64,000 nt of DNA from Amoebophrya sp. A120 (GCA_905178155.1 CAJINV010000002.1:8265224-8329223), one strand, 5' to 3'. Shown: positions 42,614 through 56,100, counted from the first letter of the stretch. Made by a program: numbers and translations. The notes: generated by a model not told the origin, from the sequence alone.

Positions 42614-45600
42614 ATGTCGGAGCTGATTGGATCCCCCTTCGTATCCCCAGAGGATCTGAACATCCCGCAGCTGGTGTTTTTAGGCCTGGTCTATGCGTAC
42701 GTTCTGTGCAAGGCCAGCGATACCATCTCGGATGGCTCAGAACTTCTTCTCCTAGTGCCGGCCTTCGCCAATGTAGTAGGGTCCGTGGTTCTACCGGTGC
42801 TGGGCGCAGTTCCGGACGGAGTTATGGTAGATATTCAATTCGTTTAATATGCTGGATTCACTTGAACTTGAAGTTCGAACATTTTTCACCAGCATACCAG
42901 AACACAGGTTGTTACTCACGCGCAAGATGGCATCTTCAGCGTCTGTGTCACGAAGTTGCTTTGCGCAGAAGCAAGTCTTTGTTGTTGATCCTGCAGCTAG
43001 GAGATATCGATGTCACAACGAACTTTGACTTTGTAAAAGTCGCTGGGGTTCTTCTTGTACTCAATATTTATTAGCGCAGGATCATGTAAGTGGGATTTTC
43101 ACATTCCCATTTTCGGCTCGAAACTACAGGTTCTCGTTTCCGGGGTCGGTCCGAGTGCTGCGGAAGAAATTTACGTAGGTGTGGGTACCCTTGCGGGGTC
43201 AACCGTGATGCTTCTCACGATTGCATGGTGGGTTTCCGTGCTGGGCGGCAGAGTAGACTTCGTCGACAAGGAGAATGGAATTCTCAACTACAAGAAGCCC
43301 GCTATGAGAATGCACAACGAAGACCCCCGCTTTATTTTCCCCTCACTTGAAGGTGGGCATGAGCATGAGCAGCAGCGCCAGGAGCCGTGGCAGACACAGA
43401 AGTGTTGCTTTTGCATGACACAACAGGCTCTCCATGCGCAAATTTGGTCGAGCTTGTCACGCAATTTTGCATTTGAAGCGGAAGCAAATAGGAAGAAGAG
43501 CAAATGAGTTGTGTGAAGAGAGGGGGGGAGAATTGTGCACTCTGATACGCGCAGGCGTGAGCAGTGACAACTGGGAAAAGTTTACCGGAACCACCCTCTT
43601 CGACGGGGCCGTCGGCTGCTATGGCGTTCTCAAATGTTACATTCTCAACTGTTACATGATTTGTCATGCAAAAGCACCATGATCATCTACACGATCAAGC
43701 TGTTCTGCATGACAAATCCTGGAAGGGCCAAACAGGATGACAATCTCTGCCAAATCTGTTATGCAAGACGCGTAATGCCCCCCCTCTCACTTTTCCCATT
43801 CTTGCATCACAACTCCATGTAAGTAACAGTTGAGAGTGTAACAGTTGAGAACGCCATAGCTGCAAGCCCACAATTAAGGAAAACTGCATGTACATGTTCG
43901 GAACCTTGGTACCGGCAATTCTAGTCCAGGTACAGAAATCGACCGCGTTATTTCAACTTTTGTTTGTTCTTTTATTTCTGCTGTGGAATGGTCGTTTTTC
44001 TTTTTCTACAATTTAGCGACTTTGATGGCATGGAGAAATATTATAGCCAGTACATGTTTTTTTGTCGACGTTGATGTTGATTGTGGTTGCATTTTCTAGC
44101 CATGTAGTAAAAGTCAGCAAGTACCTATGATTCTAGCCACGTACTAGAAGATAACAAAACAACCTCTACAACAGTGCGCCGCGTTCGCGCGCAATTACTA
44201 CGAGGAAAAGGGCATTATAGACTACGAGCAAGGACAGCAGCTGCAGGACTACGCAGTCTTGGTGGCTTTTTGTCTCGCCGTGTGCGGGTTCGCGTGGTAT
44301 CTTTATGGACAGTACCAGGGAGCCCAGGAGAACGACGTGGTCGAGGCGAATATCCTCTGTAAAAACATGCCCACGGCCCCGTAGTCATTGTACCAAACAA
44401 ATCAAGAAGTTCAAGTTTTGCTTGCTCTCGGTTCTCTCGCGGCAGTGTGGTCCTCGTGGTTCTTAGCTAGTGCAGCCGAAGAATCGCATCAAGTAGGCCA
44501 TCGTATCCTGATTACAGCATGACACAAAATTATGGGGAACAACATTAGAAACTACTCCTAATGGCGCTATGCATGAGAGGCATCCATCTGGGTATGATTC
44601 AGATTCGCATGTTAGATACAGGGTGGGAGGTTTTTATTCACCATAGCGAAGCAGGTCGACGCCATCTCCACCGCGATCAAAACCAACACACTCACACTGG
44701 AAGGCGCGTTAGGGGAGGTAGCGCGACTCACGAAGGCGCACAACAAGTCCCTGCAGGCAACCTTTTCGATAAGAAGCACCGAGCCGTTATTGATGGAGCA
44801 GGAGATATCGCAGAAAAAGACTTTGTAGGTGTAGTCACAAAGATCATTCAAATTGTTTTCCGCTAGTTGTACCCGCAGCACGACGTGCAAATATTCTCTG
44901 CGTGACCACTTGTCGATGACATAGATTTAGTTGTGCGTGATGAAATTATCTTCAATCGCGGGAGCAGATGGAGACCACCATCATTCTCATCATCGTCATC
45001 GTTCTTGTCTGGCATATTGCGGAGGACCTGTCGTGCAGCTATGCAACATTTTCATCCGCATCATTGACTTACAGACGGCACCACACTGTTTTTTTCTTCG
45101 ATGCGGGACTGCGAAGCACCAGGAACAACTGTATGATAGGCTGAAAAGGGTTTTGAGGCCCTACTTATCAAATGTAAAAATGTCTGGGTCTGGAAGAATG
45201 CAACTTGTCATTCTGAATCTGAAGCAGGCAGGAATCTGCGTTGCATGATTACCATAAGTCGTCCAGTTTTGACCAAGTCGGGAGGGAGTTTCTCATGCAG
45301 GATAGACATGAGAGAGATCGCACAGAATCTGTCATGCTAGGTCCTGCATTCCAGACCTCATGGGTCAGGGAAAAGCTGCATGACAAATCGCGCATTCTTC
45401 CAGACCCAGACATTTTTGCATTTGATACTACTTCCGAAAATACGACACGAATGGCGACGATAAGCTAGACTTCGACGAATTCCGAGTCATTTGCTCGGAG
45501 GTAGAAAAATAATAAAAGCGTTCAAAGGACTGATAGCTTATTTTTCTTTGATGAAGATATAATCAAGTAGAACGCTGAACTACGTGAGCTGAGCCTAGTA

Positions 45601-47834
45601 ATTACTTCGTTTCATCATCTAGTACTTTCAACCTGTTGCGTCTTCAAGTTGAATGACAAAAATCTGCTATACTACACATCAATCAGGTGTCGTCTTCTGC
45701 CACGAAAGAGGCCCAGCACGCAATATTTACTAGGATGGACTCCGACAACAATGGCTACCTCTGCTTCGGCGAGTTCATAGATTGCATGCTGACGCTGACG
45801 AAAAAAGCCCAGCAATACAACATCGTGAAACAGGCGGCTGCCGTATCACAGTACACAACTTCCCCGCCCGCCCCTCATTTATAGGTATGCATCAAGGTGC
45901 AGCTAAGAAATCCTGGTTTGGATGCGTTTTCCTGCCTGTAGGTGCATGTTCACATGTTCATCATGATCCGGAAGCCCAAACTGCACTACAACATCCGTGT
46001 GTGAGCTTGATATTCATAAATTCGTGCGCCGTTCGGGACGTGGTTTTTGTTGCTAGAAATGCCAATAAATCATGAGGGAGAGCGGGCGTTGCGCACTCTC
46101 ATACGCGGGGACCCTTCCCCTCGGGCAACCTGGGGTCGGCTCCTTCCCCATGGGCGCGCCGGGCAACACGTTTGGCATAAACGTTATGACCGACAATAGT
46201 AGCGCGAATACCAGTGACGTGGGGGATCTGGACAACATGAGCGTAGATGGTGGGGGTGGGAACAAATCCGACGCCGGAAGTATCCCTTGTAAAACAGTGC
46301 CGCACGTACTAGAAATTGCATTTATTCATTTTCGGAAAGAAAATATGGAATTTAGATTTTTCGTCCATTTTTTAGGACGATTCTAAAGAGCAAATAAAAG
46401 GAAAGCAGATCTGTCTTGCATAGCTGCAATTGGTACGAGTGCGATACTTTTGCAGATGATAGGAAGCTCGGAGAGCGATGACAAGTCCGACGATGGGGAG
46501 GATGTATCATTCTTGAAATGCTTCATTTGTCACGTAAATGAGCGGCAGAGCTTTTCTGTGAAATGAATAATTAAATGACTTTCCCAGCACTGTTGATGCA
46601 AATAAAATCACTCATCCAAAAATCAGGAGGATATTCCGGAAGAATTAGCTCACCTCTCTCCGGAGCAGCAGCAGAGAAGAATCAAAATAAAAGCCGCATG
46701 GATGTTATGCATGATATGTCTCCTCCTGGGTCTGGGTCTGGGAACGCCTCATGCGAAGTTGTGGATGCAGATCGTAGAATTAAAAAATCTCTAGCCACGA
46801 CGCATGAAAAGTTGAAGTTTTCGTGTTCATCTCATTCTCACCGAAGATCGCGCTCGGCCAGGCGACGTTGTTCCAAGTTTTGCAATCTTCCAGACCACCG
46901 GGACGACATATTTGCAATGCATAGATGTGCTGCGTCGGGACAATATTCGTCGTCGCGTTTTCGGACCCAATGGTAAGTGCAACTTTCTCACTTTTGTGCG
47001 GAGAAGATCTACACTCAAAAAGTGTCCTGCTCGAAGCAGTAAAAAGAACAACTCGCTGGCCTCCTCCAAGTTTAATACTTGACAGCCAATATCCTGTACA
47101 GCCAATATCTCTACGCGGTTGTACCACTTTCTCAACGAAAATAAAAAATTCAAAATCACCAAGGTCGACGTCTTCAACGAGCTTGCCAAGCGGTCCGGCG
47201 TGAATCCCTTTTTCGTGTCCTTCATTCTCTCCCTATCAAATGCAAAAATGTCTGGGTCTGGAAGGATCCGAACTTGTGATGCGCATTTTAGAACACAGAA
47301 AAATCTCTCATGCATAGTTAGCAAAAGCTGTCGCTGTCCACCTTCTGTCACGAAAATGGGGGATTTCTCATGCGGGTTCGGCATTGCGGAAGCTTCTCGA
47401 AACCTGTGATGCTAGAGCTCTCATGCCAGACCTTCTGCGTCATGCAAAGACAGCATGACTCTTCCAGACCCAGACATTTTTACATGTGATACTCCCCGCT
47501 CGTGTCCAACGCCTCCGAGCTCGTGGCCGCCTACAACTACGCGAAAAAGAAGACGCTCCGGTCCGCCACGATTTCCCTGTCCACCCTCGAGGGCGCCGCC
47601 TGCATGAACAACACCTTCTGTTTGGGGTGTTTTCTCTTCGTGCTCTACTTTTCCCATTTGCGGTGGGAGTTCACCTGTGAAATTGCGACCATGGTTATCG
47701 CAGAGGTGCTGGTGGGGTACGTAGCCTACACACGGAAAATCCATACCATGAGGGATGCGCATTTTATCGCCATGCTGTTCCCCCTGTCGCTCGTCTTTGT
47801 CTACATTGGCACCCACGTTCTGGGTTTCAGCTAG
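42614..47834 (+). CDS. EF-hand-containing Ca2+/cation exchanger (NCL-like), 15 exons, ~647 aa
   Basis: ISDGSELLL, LPVLGAVPDG, GVGTLAGSTVMLLT, EF-hands DTNGDDKLDFDEF and DSDNNGYLCFGEF, FSDPMVDV, PLVSNASE, MNNTFCL. Exons 42614-42826, 43130-43302, 43553-43619, 43864-43929, 44175-44350, 44651-44805, 45109-45165, 45433-45500, 45687-45879, 46073-46280, 46467-46503, 46627-46705, 46929-46972, 47164-47233, 47497-47834 (sum 1944 nt). Confidence 0.9.
43303..43547 (+). mobile_element. TIR introner, family E (245 bp), DR CCCGC/CGCGC
   Basis: TATGAGAATGCACAA ... TTGTGCACTCTGATA. In-frame YKKPAGVS. Confidence 0.85.
43620..43858 (+). mobile_element. TIR introner, family C (239 bp), DR GCTGC
   Basis: TATGGCGTTCTCAAATGTTACATTCTCAACTGTTAC ... 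GTAACAGTTGAGAGTGTAACAGTTGAGAACGCCATA. Perfect DR. Confidence 0.93.
44351..44645 (+). mobile_element. TIR introner (295 bp), DR GCGAA
   Basis: TATCCTCTGTAAAAACATGCCCAC ... GTGGGAGGTTTTTATTCACCATA. Perfect DR, in-frame VEAKQVDA. Confidence 0.85.
44806..45103 (+). mobile_element. Decayed TIR introner (298 bp), DR GGAGA/CGGGA
   Basis: TATCGCAGAAAAAGAC ... GTTTTTTTCTTCGATG. In-frame EQETAKHQ. Confidence 0.68.
45166..45427 (+). mobile_element. TIR introner, family A (262 bp), DR CTACT
   Basis: Near-identical to 12575-12836. Perfect DR. Restores LRPYFRKYDTNGD. Confidence 0.95.
45880..46067 (+). mobile_element. Heavily decayed TIR-type intron (188 bp)
   Basis: TATAGGTAT ... ATGCCAATA. The DR is poor (TCATT/AATCA), but element + 5 removal joins the two open frames. 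Confidence 0.5.
46281..46461 (+). mobile_element. TIR introner, family B-like (181 bp), DR GGAAG
   Basis: TATCCCTTGTAAAACAGTGCCGCAC ... GTGCGATACTTTTGCAGATGATA. Perfect DR. Confidence 0.85.
46706..46923 (+). mobile_element. TIR introner, family A-related (218 bp), DR GATGT
   Basis: TATGCATGATATGTC..TGGGTCTGG ... CCAGACC..GACATATTTGCAATGCATA. Perfect DR, in-frame AAWMCCVGT. Confidence 0.88.
47234..47491 (+). mobile_element. TIR introner, family A (258 bp), DR CTCCC
   Basis: Family A TIRs and perfect DR. Restores FILSPLVSNASE. Confidence 0.95.
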
Positions 47835-49042
47835 GGGCCTTCTGGAACCATGGTACTGAATTAAAAACTACATCGGAACGACACGACTAAAGCCAAATCT
47901 TCTGATAGTATTCAACAAACAAAACGTATAGTAGCATCTTCAACCCCACTTCCTGGTCACTGATCTTCGTGTCAATAGTACCATCTGTCAGCACTTCTCC
48001 GTTATCTTCCCTATATCGTTATCGGAACATCAAAATATGCGAGTAGCTGTAGTTATTCAGGTGAGGTGTCGTATACCTCTCATGGCGCACCTACTTGCAA
48101 TGTGAATGTACTTTGAGCAACAGCAAGTACGCTGCGACAGTGGAGGAATGCCCGGGAGGTGTCTCGACGTCGCCAGCAGCACCGTTGCGTGTGTGAGTGG
48201 TACTAGTATGTTTCAACTTCGGTCAACATGCATCATTTTTTATCTTCAGGTCAATAGTATACATCTAAAACAACCTCTATCATGATTTATGCATCTTTCG
48301 CCGTGTCGGACCGAGAACAACCTTTTTGTACACCATTACGCAAGACAAGCGCGCCTGCACCTTTTTCAATGTATCATCATTGGACATAATTTTTACTTCA
48401 GCAACAATTTCATACGCATCTGATCATTTCTATTCACGCATGTAAACCACTTGGGGCGAGCTTTTCGTTTTTTGTCATAATAAATCGGTGATGACGGTGT
48501 GTGACCTCCACGCAGCACATGCACACCATGTACAATTGTCAGTTTTTCCGGGGCGGCGCACGTCAAAATCAAAGGAAACATTTCATCGCAGTGGCGAGAG
48601 ATTGGGGCATCCAGAAAAAACTTGTTCGCCCTTTGGTAAAAATGGTAGGTTGACGACAGTTGAAAAATTCGTTTTTTTTTGAAATAGATCTTCGCAGACG
48701 AAACCAAGATTGATAGATGCTCCATAGCGCTGTTGGAAACAAAATCGTTGATGTTGAAGTCGGAAGTCGTAGCAATGCGTATTTGTTCCCGTCGCGTGAG
48801 ATATGATAGTAAAGAAGATCAAGTGACGAGGTAAGAAGTAAGTGAGTAGAAGATGATGTAGAGCTAAACAGCAAATTGCGTTTAGTGAGTTTTTCAGTAA
48901 ACAGGTGATAGCCGACGTTTTTATGGTTTCAGCTTAGTTTTCGCTTTTGATTATAATCGACCTGACGGTGACGGCACACACATAAATTACGCTTTATTGC
49001 AAGCGCAGTGAACACACCCTTTCTTTCTTTCTTGACAGAAAC

Positions 49043-52000
49043 ATGCTCTTCACTCCTTCCAATTCCGGTGTCGAGGTGGCCGCGAGTATTGCAAAGTCCT
49101 CGTCTGCAAGCCACGCAGCACCGCGCTTGGTCGCGTTTCGCAACGCCCGGGTGCTGACGTGCAGAGCGAGGAGTTATTTGGACGCGCCGGTGGACACAGA
49201 GGACGGAGATGACGGTGAAAAAGGAAATGCAAAACACGAGGACGAAAACGAGGCGTTGCTGCACTACAGTGGCTTCATTGTGGACCTGAACGACAATGGA
49301 CGCATTGTGGAAATGATACCTGCATCTTCCGGTGCGAAAGTATCAGAATCCTTGTCGTCACCGTCGGACTGTACCGCCAATGAAAAGTCGCGTGTGGAAG
49401 AAGTCCTCCGCGTCGAAAAGGAGATCGACCTTGAGAACAAGATCGTCCTGCCCGGGCTCTGGGACAGCCACTGTCACGCGTACAGCCTGGCGCACCAGCA
49501 GAAGGTCGCGAACTTGCGAAACTGCGGCGGCATTGAAACCTTCCAGCAAAGACTCCAGGAGAAGTACGACGCCGACCCCGTGGCCGTGCGGAAACGGTTT
49601 CTGGAAGGCTCCGGGTGGGACGAAGCAGACCTGGGAAACCAGTTGCCGAACCGCTACGAGCTGGACAAAATTACCACCGAGTACCCGATTATTTGCTGGC
49701 GCCGGTGCTGGCACATCGTGGTGTGCAATTCGAAGGCGCTGGAAATCGCCGGCATCTCCGCGGACACCTATCTGGATCGGAAGGACATCGATAGGTTCGG
49801 GGGAAAAAACGAAGAGCCGACGGGCATACTCCGCGAAAATGCCACGGAGTTGCTGTCCGACATTTTGTATGCATAGTTGCAAAATTTAAATTATCGTAGT
49901 AGAGACAAATTTTTGCATTAGAAAATTTTCATCAGAAAGACAAAGTGAACGAATTGAATTTGTGCTGCTGATTCAGGTGACAAATGCAAAATCAATCATG
50001 TACTATCGCAAAAATTGCATAATCCTACTACGACATCACTTTTGCAGGGTATATCTTGTCGAAGGAGGACGCCTTCGAGGAGAAAGTGAAGTTGTTGTCC
50101 AATGTCTTGCACGAGCTGCCGAAAGCGGGAATAACTGGGATTCAGTCAAACGATACGACGTTGCTCGGACAGGTGTCGGACGCCTGGCAGGTCTACAATG
50201 CCATCGAGAACCGCTTTGACAAGGGGGGTCCACCAGCTCCACGACCCGGAGTAGATTCTCGTCGTGTTAGGGAAGTAGAAGATGAAAATTTGTCAAGTCA
50301 AATTGCATCGAAAAATCACGGTCGTGTTGAAGCTGCAGCAAGGAGTACATCATCTTCACTGCCGATCCGTGTCCACTGGGTGAGCTTTTGGGATACTCTG
50401 CACCCTACTGGAAAAATAAAGGCGGGCGCAGAAGGAGCAGAGTGCTCTTTGACGACGACGTCAAGCCTATCACGACAAGCGAAAGACCACGAAGTTGCAC
50501 ATCAATCAGGTGGTCGGCTTCCTGTAAGACCGTCCCAAGAACTACCATATAAAAGCCCCCTTTTCCTGTGGAACAAGCGAACCAAGATTGTCCTCGACGG
50601 CTCTCTCGGGGCCGGTACTGCCGCGCTGCTCGCACCCTATGCGGACGATGAGAAAAAGAAGAACCGCGGGCTGTTGTCCGTCACGGAGCAGGAGCTGGAG
50701 GATGCACTGGAACGCTGCGCCGCGAACGACATGACACTCGAAGCCCACTCCATCGGCGACCGCGCGTTTGATTTGATCCTCACACTGTTGGAGAAAAAAA
50801 GCAAAGCCGTTCCGTCGAAGTGGCTTGACCGGTTGGTCATTACGCATTGTCAGATCGTAAACCAAGATCTGATCGCCCGCATGAAGCGGCTAATCAACTT
50901 CAACAGAATAATTACGTGCGGCGCGACGACCTCCAGCACATCCACTCTATCGTGTCAGACGCGAAGTGGATCCTCCGTGGAAGCTGGGTGTAGTTCTGGT
51001 GAAACTTCTCTGGCGGGCAGCACTTTGGAGAGCAGGGAAACTACAACAGCGTCGTCCGTCTTCTCCGCCATCGCAGACAAATCGTTCTCTGCTACAGGCG
51101 CGCCGATCACTGAAAGCACTGCTGCAGCAGGAAATGACGTAAAAATCCAAGCGCAGCCAGCGGACGCCGCTTGTTCCGTTGATATCAGTGAACAGAGTCA
51201 CCTATCAGCATCAACATCAAATCGCTGTACAAGGAATCGAACAATCTGTATTCAAGAAGAAACGTGTTTACAGTTATACAGTATTTTTTCGTGCTAAATT
51301 CAGCAGCAGAAAAAAAACCATTTGCCGGGAGTGACAGTTGAAGCTCGTAATGCAGAGATCATATAGGATAACATCGAGGGAAAAGGAAAGCACGCATGAA
51401 AAACGAAGGAGCGCGCAGGCATTCGCAGCCTCGGGCTTCGCGACGCTGTGTGTCTTGCGTGTCCGGCATAGAAGATCATTATGTGTTGCGTATGAATACA
51501 CTGTAGCACTTTTTTCCTGTCACACTCTTCGCGTCGATCCAGCCTCAGTTCACGAACTCCGACCTCCCGATCATTGAGAAGAAGCTCGGCGCAGAGCGCA
51601 CAAAGACCGCGTACGTGTGGAAGCAGCTGAAAGATAAGGCGCGAATGACCATCATCGGCGGATCCGATGCCCCGGTGGAGCGGATGAGCTCTCTGTGCGG
51701 CATGAGGGATCTGATGCAGAACTGCTTGCACGAACAGGAGTCCTTCTCGCTCACGGACACTGTGGCGGCCTACACGCGGGATCCCGCCTTCGCGGCGTTT
51801 CGGGAAAACGACCTCGGCCGGCTGGCGGTTGGGTTTCTGGCAGACTTCGTGGTTCTGGATGTTTTGGATGTAGCAGATGAAGAACGTGTACGTGCGCAAG
51901 AAAAAAACCTCCGCCATCCACGTCGCCTTCCAGACTCTCCCTCCGAGTTGGAAGCAGTCTTCGCTCAGAAACTTTCCCGCGTTCCGGGTTCCGTTCGGGT

Positions 52001-52199
52001 GTACGCGACGTACGTCGGCGGCATGCTCCGCTATGAGCGGAAAAATGAAGACTTCGATTCTGGTGCCAGCTGTCAGGAAGTCGGTGCAGAGGAAGATGCA
52101 AAAAAAGCTGTAGATAATAACGTTTTACAGTTCTGTTTGGATAGCAACGCACCGGGGCGCGGTGGCTTGCCGATTTGGCGTTGCCCGTGCTGCATGTGA
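49043..52199 (+). CDS. Amidohydrolase 3 family (YtcJ-like) metal-dependent hydrolase, 3 exons
   Basis: PGLWDSHCH, EPTGILRE, KIVLDGSLG, AHSIGDRA, ITHCQ, ASIQPQF, GSDAP, GFLADFVVLD. Intron 1 is 49868-50058. Intron 2 is non-canonical with ambiguous ends (~51203-51269 to ~51510). Confidence 0.9.
49868..50053 (+). mobile_element. Decayed TIR introner, family B-like (186 bp), DR TTTTG/TCTTG
   Basis: TATGCATAGTTGCAAAA ... TTTTGCAGGGTATA. In-frame DILSKEDAF. Confidence 0.78.
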
Positions 52200-53160
52200 A
52201 GACGAAGGTCGCGGCTATGCTAGTACTAGGTATCATCGTGAAAAGTTAGATTTAAAATACTTACATACATGCTTCTTTTCTATGAGCAATTCGTTTTCCG
52301 TTTCCAATTTTGATAGCCTAGTGGGATGTTGACCCAGAACCTACTCATTTTTCCCCTGTGCTTGTTTTCTGATGCGGCTGACGCAGACATAGTGGAACAA
52401 CAACAAGCGCAAGCTCATGACTTCTACTGTGCGAGAAAAACTAGGTGTTGTTCTCCCTCAGTGGCCGCTATATCACGCTGCTGTGTTCCACTTCCACTCA
52501 CGAGGTACTCCTGCCACGAATTACTGCATTGGATTACAGCAAGCGTAAGTGAGGACACACAATTTGTCTGAAGACAGAAGACTGCGGTCCTGCAAAAAGA
52601 ACATTTCATGTGCTAATTAGTAATAAAGTGAAGTGGATAGAAGTCAAGGTGTAAAAAAATATACAACAAAGTCGAGAGAGAGTGAACAGGCACGACCAAT
52701 AAAGCAGAAGATGCTAGTACCTAGAAACATATTGCAGACGGAATATGGTGAGCCTGAATATTTCTTGGTGTTGATCTTCTTGTAATATTGATACTTTCTG
52801 GATGAACTTTACAACTTGTGTTGAGATCAAAATTTCATGGGCATTACACACATGCTCACGAAAATTTTTTGTTTTTCTGCGTCATGACGCGGCGAGCCCG
52901 GCTCTGTTTCGTCCAGTTGAGTTAACTTGAAAAAAACAAAAAAAACATAGAAAGAAAGCTGTGACAGTAAGTTTTTAAGAATCAAATTGTAATTGACTAA
53001 GCGACATTTTATTTTATGTAATTTTTTTCAATTTATGAACGGTTCGATAATCATCTGACTTTTAATCGTCTTATCTTCATTTGGATCTCGCAGCAATTTT
53101 GCTTGCGCCTCGCCGTTTCGCTCTTCTCCTACCTTTTCTTCCGACACGACTCCACCGAGC

Positions 53161-56100
53161 ATGCCTTCCGCTAGTAAGGGCCGTGCTGCTGCCACTCCGT
53201 CCCGTTCGCGCGGACGTTCGGTAGGAACCCCTGTCAAGAAGCCAAGGGCTCAGAAGCAGTCGCCAGCAGTCGCAAAGAACAAGAGTAATAAGAAACAACG
53301 GGCAGCGTCAGCGACGACACCCCGGAACAAGATTCCCAGTCGGGAATCTGCGGAGCTGTATGGTTTGTGGAAGGGCATAGAAGAAAAGAAGTCCGACATC
53401 GCGGACGGAATACTCGATGTGGGCAAACGGGATTTCAAGGAGGCGCAGAGGTGCTTTTCTTTTTTTTCCAACCCGTTTCTCGGCGGTGTGGCTGATGAAT
53501 ACGACAAAGCGCAAAGAGAAAAAGACGCAGCTCCTGCCTTAGACTGTTGCAGCAAGAAAATAAACGACACTTGCATGATGATGAATGAAGACGGGAGGTC
53601 TAGAAGTCTACATCATGTATCTTCGGCTCCAACTCAAATGACAAACTCAAACTTTCTTTAGACAAACATAAAAGTTGTCCACCCAACCCCGATGTTTATA
53701 TCAAAATCAGGTTCTGCATTCTGTTCAAGCGGATAGCCGAAGAAGGTCTGAGCAGTGTGACGAAAGCCAAAAAAAGCGGGAAGGCTTCAGATCTTCATTT
53801 GAAATGGTCGCGGATGAAGGACAACTCTGCGGACGAACAGATCGAAGCGGAGGAAGACCAAGACGAGGATGGCGGTATTAACTACAGTGATAGCGAACGT
53901 CAAGCCAAGCACGGCAAAAAGATGAACAAGGTGGACCGAGCTCTGAAGCCGATCCGGGAGGTTGGCAACTATGCCTGGAACACCGTGATGGACGAAATTG
54001 TAATCGTCGAGAAAGAGAAGGTTTTGCAACTGGGGAACGCCATCCCAGACACGTCCTTTGCGGCGGCGTGCCTTCGCATGTTGGACGCGGCGGGCAGTGA
54101 ATTACTCGAAAAGATCAGAGCATTTCTTGATGAACTACAAACCAAAACCGATAATAGAGCAGGAGCTTCTGCTTCTTCAACCAGTGTCGTGCAGAACAAG
54201 CGGAATGTCAAGAATCAAGAAGAACATGAGCACGACTTGATGAATAAGCACAAAAACCATGGGAAGAAGACTCCCAAGAGGGACCACGAAGACCTCCTCT
54301 CCTCCCCTGCCACGCGGAAAATGTTGCTCATTGCAGAAATACGGGAGCAAGCGGATTCCGCCGCCGCAGCAGTTCGAAAAATCCAGGACGCCCTGATGAA
54401 TGGCGACGAGGACAACAATAACGACAGTGGAGACTTTTCGATTGCCGAATTGGAGGGCGTCCGGGATAAATTCGGCGCGATTTTGCTGCAAATCCAGAAG
54501 CACAGCCGCACAGCAAGCACGAAAGCCGCAAAATCGTCTACAGCCCACGACCAGCAACCACTTTCTGTGATGGAAGCCGCAGCTCCTGGAGCTTCTTCTT
54601 CTTCTGCTTCCGCGGCCTTTTCTTTGAGTACGAAGCAAAAACTTAAGCAAGACCAGCAGGAGGAGGCGGACGACACCAGCAAACGTGGTCGCTCCTTCTC
54701 CCGCAAAAGAAGCCGAAACGTCTTCGAAGATGAATCTGAAACGAAGATGAACAACGAGACGACCATGAGTCAAAAACAAGCTGCAGGCACTAGTCGACCG
54801 CGACTGAATAGTAAAGAAACGGTACTGTCCAACACCACCACCGAGTTTTTACCAAACAGCAGAAGTCAGTCAAAGCATGCAGCTTGCTCTGGTGCGGCGG
54901 GCACGTCATTGTCAACTAATCGCGTTATTTCGCAGCTGCAGAAAAACTTGAGTATCACATCTGCGACCGCAAACCACAATAATCCTTACAATCCGCTGGG
55001 GAAGCCGCCGCGCATACCGACCGCGAATAAATCGGCCTCAACTTCTATTGCAGGAAAACCGATCATGATGTTGAACGACTTTTCGAAGCTCGAGCTCAAC
55101 GAAACGCTTCTTCCGACTCTGGAGCAGGAGGAGGAGCTAAACATGCTGAAGAGCAAGAAAACCTTGTACGCCAAGGATGAACAAAGCGATATGTTGAAAA
55201 AGGATGATAATTCGCTTTCGCAAGAGATGAATTTATTCTATTCGAGAGACGAAAAGAAGAAGAAGAAGAACTATGAAATCGAAAGCAACCACGAAGACGA
55301 CACAAGCAGACGGGAAGTAGATCTGAAGAAGCAAAAGCAGATTATGACTCCCCTGTCGCAGTCCGAGCTTGAGAAGGAAATTTTTGGCGACGTCGACGAT
55401 CTTCTGAGCAACTATAGCAAGGCGAAAGCGGAGGACAAAGATTCCTCGTCGTTTGCTGACGATCGAGAAGATCATCTTCGTGTGGAGACTCCTTTTGATG
55501 AAATTGATTCCGACAGCAAGTCGTCGGTACAAGAAGAAAATATTCAAGAAGGTCAACTAATGACGCTGAACAAAACTACTACATCAAGTGCAGCAGCATC
55601 GTCGATGCAGCAGCACCACCAACTACCCGGTCGCTTGCAGGTGGTCCATGAAGAAAATGAAGCAGAACTGCAGTCGAACAGTGATGAAAATCTTCAACCA
55701 AGCTCGAGCAACATCCTGATCGAGAACGAGAAGAACGAAAGTGCAGCTGCTGTCGTGTCTACCACCGCACCAGAAAATAAACGGGCCGAGGAGAAAAAAA
55801 AGAAGAAGCCAGCAGAAGAATTATACGAAAGCAGATTGATGCTCCATCTCGCGCATCAAGGAAATACGAGTACTAAAATGCGTAAGGCCCCCGCAGGACC
55901 ACTTGACGCAGAGGCGGAAGGGACCGAGGACCAGGAGGTCTTTGACTCGGAGGACGAGGGTGATGCCGGCAGCAGTGCGGACGACGGCGAGGACAAGAAG
56001 AAACCCATCCTCGATAAGGGTACCATGGCGAAAAACAAATCGTACGACTACGCGAAGGCGATCAGACGGGCGAAACAGGAGCAGACGACCCGACGCTCCT

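Noticed and set aside
46505-46633. TATCATTCTTGA...TCAGGAGGATA as a TIR intron
   Set aside because: The TIR + 5 join is out of frame; canonical 46504-46626 is in frame.
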